A stretch of DNA of 61,124 nucleotides, counting the filler, from Catajapyx aquilonaris (lineage: Eukaryota): NCBI GenBank assembly GCA_000934665.2. It is 2 parts of 2 records of this genome, joined end to end, with 100 filler letters (N's around TTAATTAATTAA, not from the genome) between each part and the next. Parts side by side here need not be neighbours in the genome. Positions count along the whole stretch, not along the records: positions 1 to 30,557 come from KZ539184.1; positions 30,658 to 61,124 come from JYFJ02004639.1. The stretch is one strand, 5' to 3'. Shown in pieces: positions 24,981-35,789 of the stretch. The notes under the pieces are model-generated. The model searched no databases, was not told the DNA's origin, and was given only the letters and a program-made list of their open reading frames with translations. Each line of letters begins with the position of its first letter. The first letter of the stretch is position 1. The position numbers were made by a program, and so were the translations under genes.

Positions 24981-25362
24981 GAAATATGATGTTGGGTTAA
25001 AGGTTACATTGTACAGTACAAGTGATTGATTTTTTAAATGGGCTGACCCACACCCAATTGTATCGACTCAAATTCAGGTGCAATTTCTGATTATGAATTT
25101 TGAATGTATGTACATATAGCAAATTATCCTTACGTAATGGGAGATTTTCCTTAATTGAAATAATTTGTCCATTCATAATCAGCTCTTTAAATGAAGGCTG
25201 CTTGGAGAGAGAGGTAGGTACTTGGTAAAAGAAGTGGTTGAAAAAAAGTCAATATCTATCTTAACTTCTCAATTGTCAAAAAAGGTGTGGATTTGATTCA
25301 CATTCAATCTAAATGTCTAATCTAAATTAATTTAAATGTAAAGTCAATAGAATTCTACCAAC

Positions 25363-25539
25363 CCTGTTCAGCATTTCTAGAATCCTCTCAAACCTGTGGT
25401 GCTTCAATTCTTCTGAGTCACTCTCTTGCTCTTGCTCAAATTCCTGGCACAACTGCCTCATTATTACCAACTGCATCTCATATTTTTCATACTGAAGTGC
25501 TTCTAGGTTTCCCTTGTTTTCTTCCAACCAGGCAGGATA
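25363..25539 (-). CDS. PEX19: PEX19 penultimate coding exon (gene is 5'-incomplete in this window)
   Basis: Acceptor TTTCAG|; YPAWLEENKGNLEALQYEKYEMQLVIMRQLCQEFEQEQESDSEELKHHRFERILEMLNR matches the PEX19 YPxWL...EKY..Q..IM..lC..FE...RFE.il.l helical domain; donor |GTTGGT; 177 nt, phase 0-0. Confidence 0.92.
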
Positions 25540-26936
25540 CTGAAACAAATGGAAGAGAACAACTCTCCTAGATGAAAATACTGTGCCTCACAAACAAAAT
25601 GCTCTGACACTACGGCAGCACAACAGACACAACCTGACAACCAGAAAGTCCACGATGCTGTGACAATGGTTATGTTTTAATGTCACTAGAAGTCTTGGTT
25701 TCCAAACCACAGGACTGTAACTTTTGAAAATTTGCCCGTTTACACACGTCTGCATATCACTAAAGGCAGGTGCATAATTAAAAAATAAGTCACACTGCAA
25801 GTCTCTGAAGCCATCATGCCCACTCTTTATTTGTGATGGCTGTTTGCGTTAGTTAACAGTTGTGTTATAATGATCCTGCAGAAGTGGCAGCTGAAGGCGA
25901 TGTGCATGGTGGCCCTCAACATCCTCCGTCTCCGTGTTTTGTCGGCCACTTCCTGGGGGCGAGGGCGGATATATGCGTTCTCCAGTGAACCTATTGGGCC
26001 GTGGTGCGGTCGCGGGTGGAAGCTTGACTCAGGCTGCATCGTGTATGTCTGTATGACAAGGCCAGGCCTTCCTTCAAGCTCAAGAAGGTCCTGGACTCCA
26101 TCCACCACCAGGCATCTCTGACTTCTCTGACTGCCAGCGCTCCCTGATGGCGCTACAGTCCTATTTCCACCCCCCCCCCNTCCCCCCCCCCCCCCCCACC
26201 CCCAGTGCCCAGGGCTGCGTGTCCCACCCGGCTGAGGCAGGTGACTACTGTAGGCGAGTGGCAGGTCCTTTGGGATGAAGCCGTTCCTCTCCCTGTCACA
26301 TCATCACATTGCCAACTGCCGAAGCTTTTTTTGTGTGTATAGTTTGTTGCGCCACTCTAACCAGGTTCCCTATTCTATAGCAATTGCTATATTCAACCAG
26401 CTGGGAGTAATGGGGTAACTGGATAGGGGCGTAACAAGCTACACAAAAATAACTACGATCATCGGGAAATATTAGTGAAAACTTAAAACGACCCACGGAC
26501 TTGGAACACCCTGTATATTTGAATTTTATATATTTGCTTTCTCATTTCACACATAGATGACACTTTTAAAGACATTTTCACTCTTTTTTTGGTACCTTTA
26601 GTTTATTTGCGTTGGGGTGGGTTGGCGTAGCCTGCCCAATGTAACACGGTGTTTGGCGCAGTAGAGCCACCATTGCTTTTGCCCCGTGTTTGTTTCATGT
26701 ACATTTCCCCGTCAGACCACCGCGACCTTAGAGCGACATATCAGTAGTTAGGTGGTGCCGCTTCACTTTAGTTGCGTTGCGGCGCTTGGCCCGTTCCTTC
26801 AGTTACTTTAACCAACAGGCGACACACAGCGAATCTGGTGGCGAAACACGGCGGACCAAGACTCCCAAACCGCCAATTCAAATCTAGTGGGCGTGGTCCG
26901 TTCCACGGACTAGGAATATTGTCTGACCAGAAGCTA

Positions 26937-27782
26937 TAGACCTTGTCGCCGTGACGTCATATGTTTACATTTTTGGCCCGGCGGCCATATTGGGTAGAAG
27001 GAAGACTATTGTAAACATAGGGAACCAGCAGGTTTTTAATTTTTTAAACAGCGCTGAAGCACTAGGATCTTAGTATACGACAGACTTACCAACAACCGGA
27101 CCTATCCGGATCTTCCTGGCCCCACCCGGGATCTCCACTGTACCTTGCTCCCTCTGTACCCTCTCTTGAAAAAAATCCCAAACCTAATGGTCATTGTAGC
27201 TGGTGCACACTCCACTGATAACTGCTACGCGAGTACAGACCCGATCGCCGTGTTTACTTTTTTTTGTTGCCCGGCGGTCATCTTCGTTCTTGGAAGGCAC
27301 AACATGCCGAAGTCATGCGTTGCCTTTGGTTGCTCTAACCGTTTCGGAAAAGGCTCCGGTTTGGGTTTCTTCCGATTCCCAAAAGAAAAGGAGAGGAGAG
27401 CAGGTAGGACCACACGTGGCTAATAGTAGCGTAGCAGTTATCAGAAGTGTGCTGTTTATCGCTGCTATATGTCACATACCGTTAATAAATAGCTACAATG
27501 AACATTAGGTTTGGGATTTTTTCAAGAGAGGGTACAGAGGGAGCAAGGTACAGTGGAGATCCCGGGTGGGGCCAGGAAGATCCGGATAGGCCGGATAGGC
27601 CGGATAGGCCGGATAGGCCCGGTTGTTGGGAAGTCTGTCGTATACTAAGATCCTAGTGCTTCAGCGCTGTTTAAAAAATTAAAAACCTACTGGTTCCCTA
27701 TGTTTACAATAGTCTTCCTTCTACCCAATATGGCCGCCGGGCCTTGGCCACGCCCACCCGTGACGTAGCGCGACAAGGTCTA
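26937..27782 (+). mobile_element. Foldback DNA transposon carrying a truncated THAP-domain start
   Basis: Termini TAGACCTTGTCGC / GCGACAAGGTCTA; ~250-bp inverted arms; central ORF from 27304. Confidence 0.85.
27304..27423 (+). pseudogene. Truncated THAP zinc-finger N-terminus (transposase remnant)
   Basis: MPKSCVAFGCSNRFGKGSGLGFFRFPKEKERRA matches the MPxxCxxxGCxN...FFRFP...RR THAP signature; breaks off before the conserved W and the C..HF half. Confidence 0.85.
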
Positions 27783-27789
27783 ATCTCCG

Positions 27790-28238
27790 AGGGAGGCGGG
27801 AATACGAACCTAACCTTATGGCCTTATGGCGATTGTCACCGCTTTGCGTCGTCACTGTGAGGAGCCTATTGGGACTAAAAATATGCAATGCATACCAAAT
27901 GAAAACTCCACTCAAGCTCCGTCTCGTGCCGTACATCTCCATCGGAGAGGTTGAACGGGGAATATGTTACACGAGGACATACAAAACCCTACACTTTGTC
28001 ATTGCTTCTCGCCGTAAGTGCAGTTTTTGTTACTACGTCACTTAAACCACCCCATTAAAATGTTCCAAATTTTAATGTTGTCAAGACAATCTTGCTCTGG
28101 ACATTACACCAACTCGGGGCCGATTAATATCGAGGTTGATTTAATTATTCGAAAATTTAAAAAAAGCGAGCATATGAGTGATATCGGAACTTAGGCAGTT
28201 TGAGTTAGGTACTGATGGATCAAAGTATGTGCAAAACC

Positions 28239-28304
<66 letters not shown>

Positions 28305-28378
28305 ACTAATAATAATAATAGCAATAGCAATAGTAGAAGTAATAATAATGATGATAATAATAAGGCTGCTGCTGCTGC

Positions 28379-28442
<64 letters not shown>

Positions 28443-28900
28443 GGTTTTGCATGGACCTTGATCCACCAGTACGGTACCTAATTCAAGCTGCTGTGATATA
28501 CCCGAAGTTCCGATATTCCTCACGCTCACTTTTTTATTTTCGAATAATTAAATCAACCCCGATAATCGGCCCCGAGTTGGTGTAATTTGCAAAGGAAGAT
28601 TGTCTTTACAACATATTAAAATTTGGAACATTTTAATGGGGCGGTTTAAGTGACGTAGTAACAAAAACTGCACTTACGGCGAGAAGCGATGACAAAGTGT
28701 AGGGTTTTGTATGTCCTCGTGTAACAGATTCCCCGTTCAACCTCTTCGATGGAGATGTACGGCATGAGACGGAGCTTGAGTGGAGCTTTCATTTGGTATG
28801 CATTGCATATTTTTAGTCCCAATAGGGCTCCTCACAGTGACGGCGCAAAGCGGTGACAATCGCCATAAGCCGCCACGCTAATTCGTATTCCCGCCTCCCT
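27790..28900. mobile_element. 1.1-kb foldback element with an (AAT)n/(ATT)n centre
   Basis: Termini AGGGAGGCGGGAATACGAA / TTCGTATTCCCGCCTCCCT; ~450-bp highly similar inverted arms continuing into complementary microsatellites. Confidence 0.85.
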
Positions 28901-29000
28901 TTTGCCCATAGTCACATGACCCGGAGTCACATAGCCCGGAGATGTTGGGCCCACTTTTGAGCGGGAGAGGCAGCGTCTACAGGTATTTATGGTCCAAGGT

Positions 29001-29362
29001 CCAGCCCCCGGTCACTCGTATACCTTATACAATATACATTGCTCCCCATGTGAGCTTAACTGATCTCCCCCACCAAGAGGGGTTTGCCACAAGCGGCGTT
29101 AGGATTACGTACCAAATAGGTGGCGCCGCCACTAGCGGGAAATTCCGAACCATTTTGGTCGACTCCGATTGGCTGGAGTACACTAGTACAGGAGGCCTTT
29201 AAGACTCCAGCCAATCGGAGTCGCCCAAAATGGTTCGGAATTTCCCGCTAGTGGCGGCGCCACCTATCTTGGTACGTGACCCTAGCGCCGCTTGTGGCAA
29301 ACTCCCTTGGCGGGGGAGATCAGCTAAGCTCATACAAAAAGGGGGGAGTGACCGGGGGTTGG
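29001..29362. mobile_element. Palindromic MITE
   Basis: ~130-bp arms (...GGTGGCGCCGCCACTAGCGGGAAATTCCGAACCATTTTGG...GATTGGCTGGAGT) mirrored around a ~22-nt loop at ~29190. Confidence 0.8.
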
Positions 29363-29492
29363 TCTGGTCCCTGCTCAGCGTCGCCTGTGGTTCCGTACCT
29401 GGTTCCGTACTGCATTCCCTTGCCTCCCAACGCGATAAGAGGGGGACTGTCCGATCCAGCCCCCGGACACTTATACTACCTTCTGATGTTAT

Positions 29493-29772
29493 CACCTGCC
29501 GAGGCATTTTGCAGGGGTGCTCCCCTGAGAGCGCCATGAGACATTTCAGTCTCCGGATAAGTAGCGACCCTACCGGACTAGGCTGAACTTTATAGGTACA
29601 AAAGGGAAGCGCTACATTGGGGGACCCACCATGGGCGCCGGCGGCCATTTTGGGCCCGCATGTAGCGCTTCCCTTTTGTACCTATAAAGTTCAGCCTAGT
29701 CCGGCAGGGTCGCCACTGAAATGTCTCATGGCGCTCTCAAGTGAGCACCTTCTGCAAAACGCCCCGGCAGGG
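29493..29772. mobile_element. Palindromic MITE
   Basis: CCGGACTAGGCTGAACTTTATAGGTACAAAAGGGAAGCGCTACAT mirrored around ~29640. Confidence 0.8.
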
Positions 29773-30557
29773 GGTAGGTGGGAGTGTCCAGACCTTACTT
29801 TCTATGACCATGGTCCGATCCTTATTATTCGTAGTTCGTGGTCCGTTCGTTCCTTCATGCACTGGGGCTTGTTCGCATCCACGTTCTCATCATCCGTTCT
29901 GAATCATAGTATTAATTTTCGCCGCAGTATAGAGGTGTCGCTCCATACACGTAGTCGATCAGCGGCCGGGTAGCCACCTGCACCGAGCACGGTTTTCACA
30001 CGACACTTCCAGCTTTCGCCCTGGAGTTACCGTTTGGATTAGAGTAAAATGGACTGCACAGTTCGAAAGTTTATTTTTGGGACGATTTTTAGAGACCAAC
30101 TTGTCTCAATAGTGCACTGTCCCTTTAAAAGCTTAATCAATCAATCCTGCAGCCATGTAGAGGTTACAATCACTATTATTGGTAGAATAATTTGGTGGGT
30201 TTTGGGAGTAAGTCTTAGTCTGAATGGATATTTACGTCTTGACCAGCTCCATGTCACTTCCCCCCTAGTTGTATGGATACGGTAGTTTAATTTCTGTGTG
30301 GCCGCCAGGCTGGGAATTTGGCGCTGGCGGCGCTACAGTGTCCGCTATCCGCCATCTTTTTCAAGGTGCACTCTAGTGGTAAGTCTGCAGAAGGAAAGAA
30401 AGATCCAGCCAATCGCGGCAGACTACCCGCGACGTTGCCAGACACAGGGATATATCCCTAGACTCGCTTTGCGAGGCGGGGGGGCTCCGCCCCCCCACAC
30501 CCCCCCTTGGGGCTGCGCCCCAATTGGCGCGCCTTCGGCGCTACGCGTCCCCGCCAG

Positions 30558-30657
30558 NNNNNNNNNNNNNNNNNNNNNNNNNNNNNNNNNNNNNNNNNNN
30601 NTTAATTAATTAANNNNNNNNNNNNNNNNNNNNNNNNNNNNNNNNNNNNNNNNNNNN
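30558..30657. other. Artificial assembly spacer: N44 + TTAATTAATTAA + N44
   Basis: Exactly 100 nt and symmetric; the central 12-mer (30602-30613) is palindromic and places TAA stops in all six frames. Confidence 0.9.
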
Positions 30658-30891
30658 TAGGGAAACAGTGACGTCACCATTTCCCTACATAAAAACCCCA
30701 ATTACTCCGGAACGGGAACTGATATCTTAAAACGGAATATGCCAAAAAAATCCAGAAAAAAAGGGCGAATTTATTATGTAGTTTCCAAAATGAAGGCTAG
30801 TTCCCCATTCTCATCCCTATATTTTAGACTTACTTTGGGCCAACAACTTCATTTTTGGCAGATGAGCCACTAGCAAGATATACCCTGTATA

Positions 30892-33526
30892 TGGGTGATT
30901 CTCCAAAAACTTACCATTTTCAAAGCAAAATGAGGAAAAGTTTACACTTACTCTATGTGAGGTCACAAACAAGGGAAAAATAGGGGGCCCTAACTCATAT
31001 TCTAAAGTGATTGAAACCTTTCAGGATTGATTTTGCAGTTAACCGCAATCATTTATATTGGATGTTGTTCCTCATACATTAGATCAAAAAGTGAAACTCG
31101 GTTTTTAAATATCTGTCCCCCAAGTAGTAAAAACCTGGGCTCAGAAGTCGAATTTGAAATATTTTTGCATTGAAACAGCCACAGCAGGCACTAAAAAGCT
31201 GCCGGAATTTTAATGTTAGTTTTTCAGACATTAGTTGACGATGGCAAATTTTTTGAGTTGTATCTAGTTCAAGAATGACAATTTTGTTACAATATTATTG
31301 TCATCAAATATTATTGCCTGGTGTTTTGGAGCCAGAAGAATGACCTTTGGATGCATTAGGATTAATATCACGGTCCAGAAGAAACGTTGACTCTAGAAAT
31401 TTCTGTCAGGTGATGACATCACTTAATCACATGGAATCACAGTTATTTCAAAACATTTGAGTTATTTTGTCCCATAGAAAAGTGAACCAGGAGTGTGAGC
31501 ACAAAATGTGCTGCATTACTGAATTTAAAACTCCTTAATTATTTTAACCCACTAGGAGAAGAACCTCTTGCACAGCAATCTGTAGTCAAATCAAGCTCTC
31601 ATGGAGAAGCAGTGTTGCCAAATAACTGAGTAAAAAATCCCTTTGTTTCACTGCAATTTTTTAAAAAATTTCATGAACCAGGAGAGTACCATGAAAACTC
31701 AGGACACACTTTGGAGTGATGCAGCAAGGCCATGTGAAATTATTAACATATTACCTCACTTAAAGTGGCATGCCGGTATAAGCCCGGGGTAGCCGGCAGG
31801 CCGCAATACCTGAGGTAGATTTCCAATATTTTGATCTTGTAGAATCTTTTGGAATGTATCTGATTACTGTACTAAAATAATGTTACTGTGAAAAACGTGT
31901 GAGCACAGGCCTACAGGGCTTTGAGAATATGCAAGTTCATCTATTGCACAGGGCATAAGGTGTGACAATCCCATATTAAGTCTGCTCTGAGAGGGGAACC
32001 CCCCCTAAACATTACAAAGGATCCAGGCAAATTCCTTCGGTCCTTTGCTTTGCTCAATAGTCCGCTGGTCGTAGATTTCGTTGGTAATCAGAGGATCACT
32101 TTGTGTAATGGTATCAATATGTCTGAGAAGCTTCGTTACTCAGATAATAAAATCCAAACCCAATGTATGAAATATCTAAGTAGGTATGCTCCCTTATTGA
32201 AGCCTTGCACTTTTAATTGAAAATTTTAGAACTTAACGAACGATCTTATGGGATGTGTCAAGCCGTGTCAAGCAATATAAGTGTTCTTGGCTGTATCCAC
32301 ACCGTAGAACATGAAGTAATGCCTTCATTTGAGTAACAATCATTTTCACACAGATCATTATATTGTTGTGCTTAAGAAAACCTCGCCTTACCACCTCGCC
32401 ACAAGATCATGCATTTCTAAAAACTGGTCGACCTCTACTACACCGGCATGCCGATTTAAGAGAGGTAATACGGTAAATAGTTTTTAATGGAGACGGAGTG
32501 GCGCCGCGGTAACGTGCGCGCCCACGGATGTTAAGGTCCCGGGTTCGATCCCAGCCCGGGGACACCCCCTTCATCTCGTGCAGAGTTCTGGGGTCGTCTC
32601 TGGCTTCGTCTCGGGTGGTATATCCACAGACTAAACCACCCGGGGGAGTTCAGAAAACGACCAAGCACCGTTACTGCACTGCACTTGCACATCCCCTCCT
32701 GTCATCCTGCCCGTGGGCAACAATCATTTTCACACAGATCATTATATTGTTGTGCTTAAGAAAACCTCGCCTTACCACCTCGCCACAAGATCGTGCATTT
32801 CTAAAAACTGGTCGACCTCTACTACACCGGCATGCCGATTTAAGAGAGGTAATACGGTAAATAGTTTTTAATGGAGACGGAGTGGCGCCGCGGTAACGTG
32901 CGCGCCCACGGATGTTAAGGTCCCGGGTTCGATCCCAGCCCGGGGACACCCCCTTCATCTCGTGCAAAGTTCTGGGGTCGTCTCTGGCTTCGTCTCGGGT
33001 GGTATATCCACAGACTAAACCACCCGGGGGAGTTCACAAAACGACCAAGCACCGTTACTGCACTGCACTTGCACATCCCCTCCTGTCATCCTGCCCGTGG
33101 GCCCGGGCGCTTCGAATATGGCACCATGTATACTTCGATTGAAATAAAGGTCCGTGCAAATACCCTCTGGGTGAGCACTAACCCAACAATTATTATTATT
33201 ATTATTATTATTATATAAATAGTTTTTAAAACGTTGTTTTATACCTTCAAGTATGTAAAATTTAATTATAGTATTGGAACTTGTCTAAATGATAAAATTG
33301 TAATATAGCATGCTTTAAAATAAGACTGGGGCATGCCAGGAGGAGTGATTTTAGGCCCTTAGACAATTTTTGCAGTAAAAGGTAATTTAATATTTCTCTT
33401 TGTTTGCATGGGGATGAGTAGGTGTCAACTGCATCTACAGACGTTTAAAAAATCAACTGTCAGTCAAGCCCTTTTTGAGTTATTTTGCCGGAACCTAGTA
33501 TTGGTAAGTTTTTGGAGAATCACTCA
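30892..33526. mobile_element. TA-flanked TIR DNA transposon (~2.6 kb, no intact ORF) hosting a duplicated SINE
   Basis: TIRs TGGGTGATTCTCCAAAAACTTACCA / TGGTAAGTTTTTGGAGAATCACTCA (one mismatch); TA on both sides. Confidence 0.7.
32335..33102 (+). repeat. 384-bp direct tandem duplication (32335-32718, 32719-33102); each unit contains a family-A tRNA-derived SINE
   Basis: Near-identical units with a few substitutions; A box TGGCGCCGCGG and B box GGTTCGATCCC in each. Confidence 0.92.
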
Positions 33527-33838
33527 TACACACAATGGGACTTTAGGACTTAATGAAATAGAATAACCCAACTATATTATTATGTCATCTGTGGAAAATT
33601 AGCCTCCTTGCATGACCTTTTCCCTAAATCTCGTGGATGGATTTGCCCAGGCACAGTCTTTTTTTTCTGGGGCACATCTGTATACCCTCATAGTTTAGAC
33701 TTTAGAGCCTATGGCAGTTGGTAGCATATACATGTCAAAAAGTGCAACTGCCACATCTTTTCCCACATACTACTACTGGAGCACAATGAAAAAAAAACTT
33801 CCATGAAACATGACTCGACCATAATCAGCGGAATAATT

Positions 33839-34085
33839 GAGGCACTTAGAACAAAAGTGGCCCAAGTCCAAAAAAAATAGTGCTACAAAAATTGACCTGA
33901 AATGCCCCATGGCCGAGGCAATTCTCCTTGGAGCATAAATATGATTACTCCATCTACTGACCAAATGTCCAAATTAGGACCTACACCAACTTTGGACCAA
34001 CTTGGAGTAGTCTTATGAGCGTGATGGCGGTCGTTTCTCAGCAGTGGCAAAAATTGACTTGGGCCACTTTTGTTCCAAGCGCCTC
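33839..34085. mobile_element. Sola-like MITE
   Basis: AATT 4-bp TSD; GAG...CTC termini; TIR GAGGCACTTAGAACAAAAGTGGCCCAAGTC / GACTTGGGCCACTTTTGTTCCAAGCGCCTC. Confidence 0.7.
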
Positions 34086-34836
34086 AATTTACAGTCTCCC
34101 ACATCATACTCTCACAGCAGTAATACACTGAAACCATATCTTTTTTACCGCATTCATTGCAGAAATATCTGGTAACAATGAAGGTATAACTAAGATTAAC
34201 CTAACCCAACCTACATTGATTACAATAGTGTAAGGTTACATCAGGAAGAACCTGAAAGCTCTACATGTTGGATAATATCAATTAGTATTTTACTAGCATA
34301 GATAATAGGTATGACATGCAATTAGAAATACAGCTATCACGGTGCAATCAGGATATGTTGAATGTAAAATAACTCTCATAATTGCTGTTCCCCATGGTCT
34401 TTTGTCCTGAGATTTCATATGCCACATTTATTAGAATCAGGACAACATCCCTGAGCATTCTCCCAGTAAATTGCACGAAAGAATACTAACTCGCGCCACC
34501 CTAAACCCCGTGTAATTACTTTACCTCCTTCCCCAACAATCCTGGCCTTGATTCACTGTACAATTCTTACATGAAACTTTCCCCATTGAGCATTTCCCAC
34601 CTCCCAATTCCAATTCCAAGCCCACCCATACACATGCGTAAGCGCATGTCCATCAACAACGACCATTAACAATCCAGGAGCTTCCCCAAAAACCACGAGG
34701 CGACCATCCAGCTAGGCCTAGCGTCACATCAAATCCAGCGCTCCCTCAATGTAACCGACACCTTCGCGACTTCTCAGTCCCTAACGCTGTCCACCATTAC
34801 ACTCAACACTGGTCATCTTCACAGTACTCCACCTAC

Positions 34837-34915
34837 CTTTTTCCACTGCCTCTTGTCCCTGGAATTGAAGCCCGTTGGCCTCAAACTCATTCTTCAACCG
34901 TTCTTCGCCAGCCAT
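34837..34915 (-). CDS. Isolated first coding exon, POLA2-like (DNA polymerase alpha subunit B N-terminus); no downstream exons identified
   Basis: ATCATGG start context; MAGEERLKNEFEANGLQFQGQEAVEK plus 1 nt, then donor G|GTAGGT; resembles the Pol-alpha-B N-terminal pattern L..E...fGl.......EK; E2F-type site ~360 nt upstream. Confidence 0.5.
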
Positions 34916-35275
34916 GATGGAAAATCAAAATGCTCAATGCCGCTTGCCGGCTAAAAAGTAACTGATCGCTTCACGTTTTAACATCGCAGCGACATTTAAA
35001 TAACGTGTAGCTTTTTAACTGGTGGACAGTATAGCTGTAGCAGAATAGGGAAATGAATGCTTATCACTTGAGTTTCTGTCGGTGGGGTGAAGCATGTTAA
35101 TATGTTTAGTTTCAGAGTGTAGCGTACTTGTCACTAAATCTTATAGTGTTGTGCTAGTAGCATACAGTATACTGATAGCAGTTCACGCTGCTAAAGAATC
35201 ACTGTTACAAACAACGATGCTAAATAACGTTTAATATTGACTGTCAACACAATGGCGCTTTTGGGAGGGAAGGAT

Positions 35276-35285
35276 GCGCGCCAAA
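35276..35285 (-). promoter_or_regulatory. E2F-type binding site (TTTGGCGCGC on minus strand) upstream of the POLA2-like exon
   Basis: GCGCGCCAAA matches the TTTSSCGC consensus; lies in a non-repetitive CpG-containing stretch. Confidence 0.35.
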
Positions 35286-35432
35286 TCATGCCTGGTAGAG
35301 ACCATTCAAAATGCAATTTTAACAATCGAGTATTGGTGCAGTACGTTTAAAACTATACACATAGAGGGTAATAATCTGGTAATAATTATAAAGTAACGAG
35401 CTCAAATTATATCGCCCAATATATCGTCTATG

Positions 35433-35789
35433 TTTATTTATTTATTTATTTATTTATTTATTTTTTTGTTTTGCATTACCCCATTGGGAGTTACATTTCC
35501 TTTAGGGGGGTGGACTACCACCATCTGGGAGGAACTGGTATACTAAGATAGTATTTAGTGTGTTCCAAGGGTAGGTAGGAGGGGATGTGCAAAGTGCATG
35601 TGCAATGTCTCAAACAGCCATTTTGTGAACTCCCCCGGGTGGCTTAGTCTGTCGGAAATTGCCACCCGAAACGAGGCCAGAGATGGCCCAACTCTGCACG
35701 AAAGAAGGTGGGAACCCCGGGTGGGGATTGAACCCGGGACCTTAACTTCCGTGGGCGCGCGCGTTACCGCGGCGCCACTCCGTCTCCCT
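35433..35789 (-). mobile_element. Full-length tRNA-derived SINE, family A
   Basis: 15-bp TSD AATATATCGTCTATG (35418-35432, 35790-35804); A/B boxes at the 5' end; (TAAA)n tail; homologous to 32490-32718, 32874-33102 and ~58937-59115. Confidence 0.9.

Noticed and set aside
28191..28529. Poly-Asn/poly-Ile ORFs (also poly-Leu at 6325-6591 and YI repeats at 38384-38590)
   Set aside because: Translations of (AAT)n, (TTA)n and (TA)n microsatellites
32490..32565. Possible tRNA genes at A/B-box sites (also ~35720-35789, 37765-37838, 44698-44770)
   Set aside because: They continue into shared non-tRNA bodies with tails and TSDs and lack a clean cloverleaf and terminator, so they are SINE heads
34837..34915. 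This exon as PEX19 exon 1
   Set aside because: It lacks the PEX19 N-terminal LDxLLDxALxDF motif, no intermediate PEX19 exons were found, and it is separated from PEX19 by the synthetic linker
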